A DNA stretch of 64,000 bases from Callorhinchus milii. Lineage: Eukaryota. Every line of letters starts with the position of its first letter. Position 1 is the first letter of the stretch. Shown in pieces: positions 54,818 to 64,000 of the stretch. The stretch covers positions 4,154,001 to 4,218,000 of the forward strand of contig NW_024704746.1 in the NCBI RefSeq assembly GCF_018977255.1. Direction: 5' to 3'. The notes below the pieces were generated by a model that did not search any database, had not been told where the DNA came from, and worked only from the letters and a program-made list of their open reading frames with translations. The position numbers were made by a program, and so were the translations under genes.

Positions 54818-55639
54818 TTACCTAGCAGTAAGTAGAAACCCGGTTGTTAAGTCGATTCACGGATCGCTTTCTGGGGTAATAATCCATCCCCCCAATAAAT
54901 AATAACAACTTGGGTCACTCAATCCACAACTGTGTGTGGGACACTGCTGTGTGCAATTGGCTGTCGTGTTTTGCCCACAAAATACACGGTCGATCCACTT
55001 TACAGTATATCCTGTGAAGTGCTTTGAAACATCTCGAAGACGAGGGTTTGGGGTTGAGCGTATGGGTCCGCACTGCAACGATTATATCAAATATCAAATG
55101 CAATGATTATTACAATCACAAAGGGCAACTCCTGCTTCACGTCAACCACATGTACTGCACTCCAGGAGCATGCCACGTTGGTGTTCCCGTGTGGTTAACG
55201 TGACACACCACCAGCAACAGCTATATGTGGCTCTGGTGTGAACGTTTAGACCCCAGGGCAGCTAACTTGGTTATGACGGTTCCATGTGAAACCTACAGAG
55301 GATGTGATATAGTCAGGAAAGGATTAAGCATTGGCTTTGATCGGCTGATAATGTAAACCATGCATTCCATTTGCTATGTATACAAAGACTGCATCACCCA
55401 CCCAATCCCTGAATGGTATAGTTTATTTTAAAGTGGCTGTTTGAAGCCCTTTGTGCCTTCAAAACACTATAGTGGCTGTTTGCAATGGAGGTATTTGCAC
55501 ACTGCTAAATTTCTTGCTCTTATGAATGAAGAACATCATGTGTTAGCGAAAGCTGATTTATTCACACACTGAACAATATTTGTACACATTGCTGTAAACT
55601 ATTTACACTCACAGCCTCGCCCAGCCCATGTGGTATGGT

Positions 55640-58377
55640 TTAATCATTGGCTGCCTCGCCCTCCACAGACACCTTGTGCACAGATACAAAGTGGTCGAAT
55701 CCCGAGTGGATGACGAAGCGCAGGTGCCTGGCGCTGGCCTCCCTCTGCTGTGGAACCAAACGCCAAAGTTTAAAAACTGACCTGCAGCAAAACCCACAGA
55801 CACAGTGCAGACCCCCATGCTCAACCCCAACCCCCAGCATCAGGATTTGTGGGTTTGAGTCCCGCACCAGGACTAGACCTCCCAGCCTGTCCCACGCCCC
55901 AGGGCAGGCCAGCACTGGGCCTTGTCCTGATGTTTGGTTCAGTGGCTTTGCCCTGAGGGCAGCGACAAACCATTCAAGCCCATCACAGCTTAACGTAGTA
56001 ACAATAAATCACTTACTTCAAACTCCTGGACTTGAAGTTGATCTTCACTCCGCAAAAGCTCTGCAAAGGGAGGAGAGCAGAACCTGGTCACCCAATCCAC
56101 AACTGTTTGTGGGACACTGCTATGTGCAATTGGCTGCCACGTTTTGTCCACAAAATACAGTCATTTTACAGTATATTCTGTGAAGTGCTTTGAGACTTCT
56201 CAGCAATAATATTATGTGATAAGGCACTATATCAAATGCAAGGATTATTGTTATAATGTGAGCCAGGACAAAGCGAGTCTCCCCACAGTAACCCTCACCT
56301 TCTCAACACACTCACCCTTCTCACACAGCAGCTCAAAGTCAACGGGGTCCTTGGCCAGGCTTGTCTCTATGCTGAGTCCGCACACTGTAAAAGAGGAGGC
56401 ATGAAGGCTCTGGTGTCAGTGCAGGCCATAGCAACTTACACCAATATCACATCGTACCCGCGAGCATGAAAGCTGATCTGCCAAAAATTCTAATGACATC
56501 TCCCTAGAATATTGTCTTTGAGTCAGGACTATCCTGTAATAATCCTCACTCTCTGATATATCTGAAGGAAATTTCTTGGGTGAGGGAGTAACACAGAAAA
56601 ACAGTGTGGGTTCCAATTGTCCTGATCACACAATGCATTTCCTGCCTGGTTTTCACCTTCCTTCAACAACAACTTGCATCTATATAGCGCCCCTCGCGCA
56701 GGGTATCGTTCCAGAATGCTTGACAGTGCTGGAGCCCCCAATGTGTGAGGCCAGACAGACAGCGTATCTAACCGCTGGACCAATGGATACTGATCCCACC
56801 CCATGTTACGTACCTTCCAGCAGGAGTTTTCTGACCTGAGAGCACGAGTTGGATCCTGACTGATATTATCTGTCCCTATTCCCAGGCACCAAGGCCAATC
56901 AATATAGCACTGACTCCTCCTCCCGACTGAGATGAACTCAGGACAAAGAGGGAATGAAATCTACCACTTTCTTATGCTACTTGGCTCAACTGGTCACTGA
57001 ATAATCTCTTCTCTCTTGCGCCTTGTTTAATTACCTTAGAACACGTTTAATAGAGTTTTCGAGTTAGATGTTTCAAAGCGCTTCACAGGATTCTGTAAAC
57101 TGTAGTGACTGTGTGTTTTGAAGGCACAAATGGATTCAAATGGCCCCAGTGTCTGATTTGCAATGGAGGGATTTGCACTCTGCTAAATCTCTCAGCTCGA
57201 TTGCCAAGCCAACATTATTCAGCACTTTGAGACATCCACGACACATGAAAGATGCTGAATGAATATAAATCATATTGTAACTGTAAGTATAACTCCAAGC
57301 ATAACTATAATTACTCAGATGGTACCCACTGAGTGAGATCAACAAGAAGTAAATTACATTTGTATAGGGCCTTTCACGTTCGGGAGGACATCCCAAGGTG
57401 CTGGATAATTAGTGTTTCTGACCCGAGCCGGGGTTTGAGATCGGGGAGTTTGGAGGGGAAGGAGGGTGATCGGAGGCATGGCCGAAGAGGAGGGTCTTGA
57501 GATAGCTCTTGAAGGAGGCAAGGGAGGGGGCAAGGCGGGGGGATCTGTGGGATGGAGTTCCAGAGGGTGGGGGCAGAGTGTCTGAAGACCCAGTGTTAAA
57601 CACAGGAAAGGCCCAGCAATTACCGTTGAAACAGTGGATTTTCACGTTGTTAATCTGTACGAGATCGGGAAAACTGATGACAAACTCCTGGGGGAACATT
57701 CCTGTCGTCATCCAGAAGGTTTCGGTGTTTCTGCAAACAGGAAACGTGGAACATGAGAAACTCCAGAGTCTCTCCTCTCCGTCCTCCACATAATCCCAGC
57801 ATTTGATGCAGCGGCTAAAAAAATAAACCCAACATTCCAAAGCGAATTTGCACACTCAATCCACGACTGTTTGTGGGACACCGCTGTGCGCAATTGCTTG
57901 TTGCGTTTCGCCCCCAAAATACACAGTCAAATTCACTTTAAAGCGCTTTGCGACGCCTCAAAGACATGATCAGGCGCGATATCAAATGCAAGGATTATTA
58001 TTATTATCATTATAAGCACTTCCCAGGATGCACTGTAAAGTGTGGTGACTGTGTGTTTTGTGGACGAACCCGTCAGGCGATTTGGGGCCTCAGCCCCGAC
58101 TGTGAACTCGCAGCTCTCCCCCCCCTCCCCCCCCCCCGGCCCGGGGGAGTGGTGGGGGTATGAGGCCGAGTTCGAGGCTGAGGCCCGGGAGGAGGGAATG
58201 ATAAGCTGTGTCGCTGCTCCTGTGGTCGGCGTTCGGGGTTCGGCGATCCCGGGGCTGCGAGGAGGTGAGGCCGGGGCTCGGGGCCTACCCGTCCAGGATG
58301 CCCTCGGGCGGAAATCGCTCGTCCCCGGAGGCCGCGAGCAGCAGCTGAGCCCCAGCGCCGACATCCCGCCGCCCCAT
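55640..58377 (-). CDS. IFT25: Intraflagellar transport protein 25 (HSPB11), 5 coding exons, intact
   Basis: Exons (minus): 58377-58289, 57730-57624, 56384-56316, 56060-56017, 55747-55640. Peptides DERFPPEGILDGNTETFWMTTGMFPQEFVI, KDPVDFE and ARHLRFVIHSGFDHFVSVHKVSVEG. Phases consistent. Confidence 0.93.
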
Positions 58378-58397
58378 GGCCGCCCGTCCGCCCGCCC

Positions 58398-58541
58398 GTC
58401 GCCCGGGCAACCAGCGGGGCGCCGGAACCGGAAACGGCGCGTCACCCTGGCAACCGACGCCGGAAACTGGGCCTGAGCTCCGCCTTGAAGCCTCCACGGC
58501 CTCTTCTGGCGCCGCCGCGGGGCCCGTGAGGTACTGACGCG
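58398..58541. promoter_or_regulatory. IFT25/LRRC42 bidirectional CpG promoter with two RFX X-boxes
   Basis: gtcgcccgggcaac (58398-58411) and gtcaccctggcaac (58441-58454), several ccggaa ETS cores, and a plus-strand donor gcg|gtgagt at 58541 for a non-coding LRRC42 exon. Confidence 0.8.
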
Positions 58542-59342
58542 GTGAGTGTGTGCGGCAGCGGCGAGTTTAACGACGGCCCTCTCACACGTTGGCGAAAGAG
58601 CCCGAGGCGCTTCCCAGCATTCCCCTGCACGGTGTAGTGACTGTACGTTTTGCGGGCGAAACGCGGCAGCCAATTGCGCTCGGCAGCGTCCCCGCAAACA
58701 GCCGTGGATTGAGTGACCCCCCCCCCCCATTAGTATTTTTGGAGGGATTATTATTAATAACGCTCAGCCTTCCAATTCGTGAGGGCGCCTTTCGCCCTGC
58801 GAGGGCGTTCCAAAGCATTTCCCAGGATTTTCTGTTAAAAGTGTAGTGACTGTGTTTTGTAGTCGCAAAGCGAGCGAGGGATTGTATGTGGGGATTGTCG
58901 GCCAGGACCCGGGAAAGAGAGAGAGAGAGAGAGAGAGAAACTGGCTTCTCTTTTCCCCGCTGTTGGTGCCGCTCGCAGGAGCTTTACCGTCCGCCTGAAC
59001 AGGGCACGGACTCCCCGGGGAGTGAAGTTTAACGGCTCATCTGAAGGACGGCGTCTCTGGCACTTCCGTGACTCAAATAATAATAATAATAATAATCCTT
59101 GCATTTGATATAGCGCTTTTCCCGTCGGGAGGACGTCCCAAAGCGCTTCGCAGAACACACTGTAAAGTGAATCGACTGTATATTTGTGGGTGAACGCGGC
59201 AGCCAATTGCGCACAGCAATGTCCCACAAATTTGAATGTTTATTCAAAGCGCTTGAATAAACATCTGATCCCTGACGCTCTGCACATATCTCAGCTCACT
59301 TCATTTTCCTTTCCTGCAGGTAGATTCGGAGGCTGTTTTCCT

Positions 59343-62300
59343 ATGGCTGCCGCAGGCCATGTGGACCCTGCCCTCGAGTTGGGACCTGTGTACGTGAGGG
59401 AATCGGGCCGGTTGTACTTGGCTAACGGTGCCGGGGACCGGAGACCGAGCTCAGGGCGGCCCCGGTCAATGCGGCTGGTTCCCCGGGGAAGTGGCTCAGT
59501 GAGGCTGTGCCTCGAGGACGGAGAGAAGCCAGAGGGTTCTTGCCGGACGGACCACTTGGTGTTTACCTACACAGAGGCTGGGAGCCTTCGCTATTCCCCT
59601 CGGCCACTCTTTCAGCTGCTGCTGCGGTTCATTGCCGCTCACGTGCAACATGTGGAGTCCCTGGTGGGGTTCCCGGAGCAGATCGCAGAGAGGCTCTTCA
59701 TTCAGTTAGAGGCCTCAAAGACCTTCTTGGCTCCTGGGGTCAGTGTCCAAGCTCTGAGGATATTCAGCGAGGCCTACGGCAGCCTGGTGCTGCGCTCTTT
59801 GTGCCTGAGAGACAGGTGAGGGCTCTGCTCCCTGCAGCTCCCCCAGGCTGGGGTCATCTCCTGCAAGATACAGCCCTGTATCATACTAATCACATACCTA
59901 CCTACCTCTGTGGCCTGTTAACTCCATACTGACTTGTCCACACTCTCCACTCAACAGGCTCTGGCCCCGCTCTTTGGAACTCCATCCCACAGTCCGTTCA
60001 CCTCTCTCCCTCCCTTGCCTCCTTCAAGACCCTGCTCTTCGACTGCACTTTCGGCCACTCTCCCCGATCCCGACCCCAAGATTAGGTGCAAATCCGTAAC
60101 TGTCCAGCGTTTTGGGACATCTTCCCGACAAGAAAGCCACTGGGTAAAATGTAATTTGTTGTTGTGTGAGTGACTGAGCCTCTGTATGTGTGTATGGATG
60201 ACTGGGCCTGCGTCTGTTGATCTCCACAGGCCTCAGGTTGTGTGCGGAAGGCTGGAGGAGTTGAAGGTTCTCCGGGGTCTGACCCACCTGGACGTGTCGG
60301 GGTGTGGGCTGGGGGACGGACATGAGCTGCTCAAGCTCCTGACCAGCGAAGCGCTGTCCAGGTGAAACTCCTAATCAGCTTCACCCAAACAACTTGTTCA
60401 CTTCTGCACCTCTCCCTGTCCATTCCTCCCCACTTTCCCTGCCCAATCTCCCCCCTCCCTCCCTGTCCATTTCCCCCACCTCCCTTCCTGTGCATTCCCC
60501 TCTCTCTCTCCCAATCCATTCTGATTCCCGTCTGTGTCCTGGGATCTCCTGGGTGTTGGGTTCGGAGATGAAGTGGTTACAGGTGTGATCTCACACAGTG
60601 CCTCCTCTTCCCCCCCACACAGCCTGACCTGCCTTCACCTGCGAGGTAACGGGCTGTCTGACCGGGGGCTGCGGGCGATGACGGCACCAGCCAGAGTGCT
60701 GCGGAGAGGCCTAAGGCAGCTGGCAGTGCTGGGCCTGGCCGGTGGGTTTGATCTCGGCAGCGCCTGTAGTGACACTAATACTGCATATTGTCACACCAAA
60801 CACCGCCTGTCGTCACACCAGACGCCACCTGTAGCCACACCGACACTGCCTGTAGCCACACCGACTAGTCACATCTACACCACCTGTAGTCACACCAACT
60901 GTAGCCACACCGACTGTAGTCACACTGATATCGCCTGTAGTTGCACCGCCTGTAGTCACACCGACACCGTCTGTGGTCACACCACCTGTGGTCGCACCGA
61001 GCACTGGCCAGCGTTGTGTCCTTATCTTTCACTCTGGTTTCCTATATGTTGTTTGCTGCCACCAGGAAACCCCGATATCAGTGAACGAGGGGTCTGCTTC
61101 CTGCGCTGCCTCCCCAGCCTCCGCGCCCTGGACATGTCGGGTTGCGGTGTGACGGTGAGGACGGACTCGGGGGAACAGGTCACAGTGCTGCACACTAACA
61201 GGGTCCAATGTCAAGCTGGGGCAAGGAGAGGGGCAAGAGGGGCTGATGGAGCAAGAGAGCTGTTCGGGGGTGGAAGTAGGGGCGGGGTGCTGCTGTCACA
61301 TTGATGGTGTAATCTCTGCCCTGTTGAGGGGTACTGAGCTGGTATGTTGACGTGTTTTGCTGCTCTGCTCCAGGATGTGAGGTCGCTGACCAGGACGGTT
61401 TGGAAGAAGCTATGGCTGCAACCGGTGGTGGAGGCTCTGGGGGAGTTTGAGCACGAGCTGTGTAGCACGCAGGGCTGGGCAGAGCAGGTAACCCTACAGG
61501 GAATCTCTCCTCCACTAGACTCTCCTATGCGCTGTGAGCCCAGCAGGAATTCACCTGCCCCAATCCCACCCTCCCCAACCCCCACACACAAACCTGGGGG
61601 AAAACGTGTCACTGAACAGTGATCAGCCATGGGAACTCTGGCTAATGACAGAGGTCACACTGACCGCTTTGTGGCTGAGATCAGTTATTCAGAACACAGC
61701 CTGTCAGACTGACTCATTGCTGCATTTACACTCTCAGCTACTGAGAAGGCAGCCGATCCTTAATATTCTCCATATCATATGCAATGGAAACTCTCTCTCG
61801 CTCACACTTGCTCTCACTCTCTCGTTCTCAGTCATTCTTTCTCTCTCTCACTCACTCTCCATCACACTCGCGCTCTCACATTTTCTCACTGTTACAGGTG
61901 GTGCTGCAGTGGGAACATAACGCCTCCATGTCTCAGCCTCACACTGAGCCCAGCGCAGCAGCTCGCAGGTTCTGTAAGTAGCTGTGTGAGAGTGCTTTAC
62001 TGCGTGTCTGTGTGAGGGCTTTATTGTGTTTCCTGCGTGATCGATTGTGAGATCTCGACATCTACGACCTCCAGCCACAGTCACACAGGCTGCCCACGGA
62101 ACTGATCTGCTCTCGGCTCCCTCGCTGCGGCCCCACATTAACCGTCACTTCACACACAGCTCTCAGTAGCTGCTGCTCTGGGTCCGACATTATGGGCATG
62201 ACCTGACCTGTGGTACTGTTGTCCACAGACGGAGCTCGGGCAGTGACCGAGGCTGAGAGGCCGGAGACGGGCCAGGTGCCGGCTAGACTGCAGTTTCAGC

Positions 62301-62466
62301 GGCCGACACGGGGCAGCAAGCACACGGGACTGAGCACAGCACGGCTGGGTTAACGCCAGGGGTCCAGTCGGTACCGGGGACTGTGCGCGCCCCTCCTCCC
62401 AAACGCAGAGTAACGGAGCTCAGTGAGCTCTCCCCCCAGGACAGGGAGCTGCTCAATAGTTACTGA
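59343..62466 (+). CDS. LRRC42: Leucine-rich repeat-containing protein 42, 7 coding exons, apparent -1 frameshift in the last exon
   Basis: Exons 59343-59815, 60230-60361, 60623-60741, 61066-61154, 61374-61487, 61898-61973, 62229-62466. Peptides GPVYVRESG, TDHLVFTYTEAGSLRYS, SLVGFPEQIAERLF, EAYGSLVLRSLCLR, QGWAEQVVLQWE and C-terminus ELLNSY*. The entry frame of the last exon stops at 62351, while the conserved end lies in the -1 frame. Confidence 0.93.
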
Positions 62467-62974
62467 GTGAATGTGACACCCTTCCTCTCCCACAGATACT
62501 ACTACGGGACATGACTACACACTCCTACCCCACAATGGGGGAGGAGATAGTTTGTGTAAAGGTCCACACTCTGGTTAATATGGAACCCAGTTGTTAGTCG
62601 ATTGGCAGATCGCTTTTCCGGAGGTAATAAACCCTCCAAAAAAAATGAATAATAATAATTTGGTCACTCGCTCCAGGACTGTTTGGGGGACACTGTGGGC
62701 GCAATTGGCTGCTGGTTTTCGCCCACAAATGTAAAGTCAATTCACTTTACAGTATATTCTGTGAAGCACTTTAAGACATTTTGAAGTTGTGATAAGGTGC
62801 TGTATCAAATGTAAGGATTATTCTTCTTAATATCTTCAAACCATCTTCACCCTTCGAGTGGGATGAAGTCGGGCCGGCCTGAGGCCTGGCAGTAGTTTGA
62901 GGGATTTTATTCCTCTTTCCTGAAGGAATGTTGTGGCTAGCTTCTGTCTGTATCGACTTACAGATTTTACAGTT

Positions 62975-62990
62975 TTTATTTCTGAATAAA
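62975..62990. terminator. Back-to-back poly(A) signals for LDLRAD1 (-) and LRRC42 (+)
   Basis: tttatt-tctg-aataaa, about 500 nt past each stop codon. Confidence 0.65.
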
Positions 62991-63505
62991 TTGATTGACA
63001 ATGAACAAAAAAAAAAGCTGTGGACGGTTCTTGGGCTAAGAGTAAGGGCATCCCCGATCCTAGCACAGTTTCCAATATTTTTCTGATGTAATTGTGACAC
63101 TCACCAAATACACACTCAGCAACACACACACACTCAGCAACGTATGCGCATTCCTAAACCGCCCAACTTCACCATGAACTGACACCGTGGGATCCGGTTT
63201 AACCTTGAACACAGACGGGTTCCAAGCAGCATTTCCAAACCTTCAGTGTTTGAAGTCGACTAATTTTATCCAGGGGATTGTCGGCCATGAGACGGAGAGA
63301 GAGAGAGAGAGAGAAACTCCCTTCTCTTTTCCAATTGCACCGCAGGATCTTTAATGTTCGATGTGGGATTGAGCACAGAGGTTCCAAGCTTCAAACTCCA
63401 CACAATACACAGTCTGTGAAGCCATTTTACTGTAAGGTTTCAGGTCTGTGATGTGTCACGATGTCTCTTGACTGTCTTCCTGCAGTGGACAGTTCCTGGC
63501 GTGGC

Positions 63506-64000
63506 CTATGCCTGGCAGATGTACTCATCTGACCAGTCGGTACAGTGTTGTATGCCATCCTGGCACAGCGCCCTGGGCACACAGCCACAGAATTGATAGA
63601 ACACAGACTGACAGCTCCACTGCTGGGGCCCACAGCCACCACACTCTGACACTGAGAATATTAAACAAATACTAATCAAAATGAACCATTGTTCTGCGCA
63701 ATCGGTGGCCATGTTTCGCCAATAAAATACAGGTTATTACACTTTACAGTATATTCTGTGAAGTGCTTTGAGAAGTCCCGAAGACGTGATAAGGTGCCAT
63801 GTACTATCAAATGTAAGGATTATTATTACAATTCAACCGTGAATATTTATCTTTTTTAATCCGGTTATGGACCAGAGCAATTTGATACTCACAGGGGAAA
63901 CTTTCGTCCGAGCAGTCTCCGCAGTTGTTGAAGCCGTCGCACACTTTGTCGGCGTAAATCCAGGAGACGGCATCTCCGCACAAGAACAGCAGGTGGACTG
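63506..64000 (-). CDS. LDLRAD1: LDL receptor class A domain containing 1, last two coding exons (gene continues beyond the window)
   Basis: Exons 64000-63893 (LFLCGDAVSWIYADKVCDGFNNCGDCSDE) and 63651-63506 (CGGCGPQQWSCQSVFYQFCGCVPRALCQDGIQHCTDWSDEYICQA*). LDLa cysteine pattern, phase-1 junction and synteny. Confidence 0.9.

Overview
Vertebrate genomic DNA. The repeat content (tRNA-headed SINEs with a DeuSINE-like core, L2 and CR1 LINEs) points to a cartilaginous fish, possibly a chimaera; this is inference. The window holds the block known from human 1p32.3: GLIS1 (-, 10 coding exons), NDC1/TMEM48 (+, 18 exons), YIPF1 (-), DIO1 (+, selenoprotein with in-frame UGA and a 3' UTR SECIS), IFT25/HSPB11 (-), LRRC42 (+) and the 3' end of LDLRAD1 (-). 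Exon models were built by hand from splice sites, phase continuity and remembered human protein sequences; no alignment was run. The most unusual items are: (1) an extra intronless coiled-coil reading frame between NDC1 and YIPF1, broken by two in-frame TAGs, with a KSTQT dynein-light-chain motif beyond them; (2) a solo LTR with a perfect TSD between the DIO1 SECIS and the likely native poly(A) signal; (3) NDC1 inverted relative to the human arrangement as I recall it; (4) a ~220-bp inverted templated duplication; (5) a GC-AG intron in GLIS1; (6) a stop-free in-frame LRRC42 intron encoding Cys/His repeats; (7) four single-base deletions in three otherwise intact genes that look like assembly errors. 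I found no convincing wholly new system; the coiled-coil locus is the best candidate.
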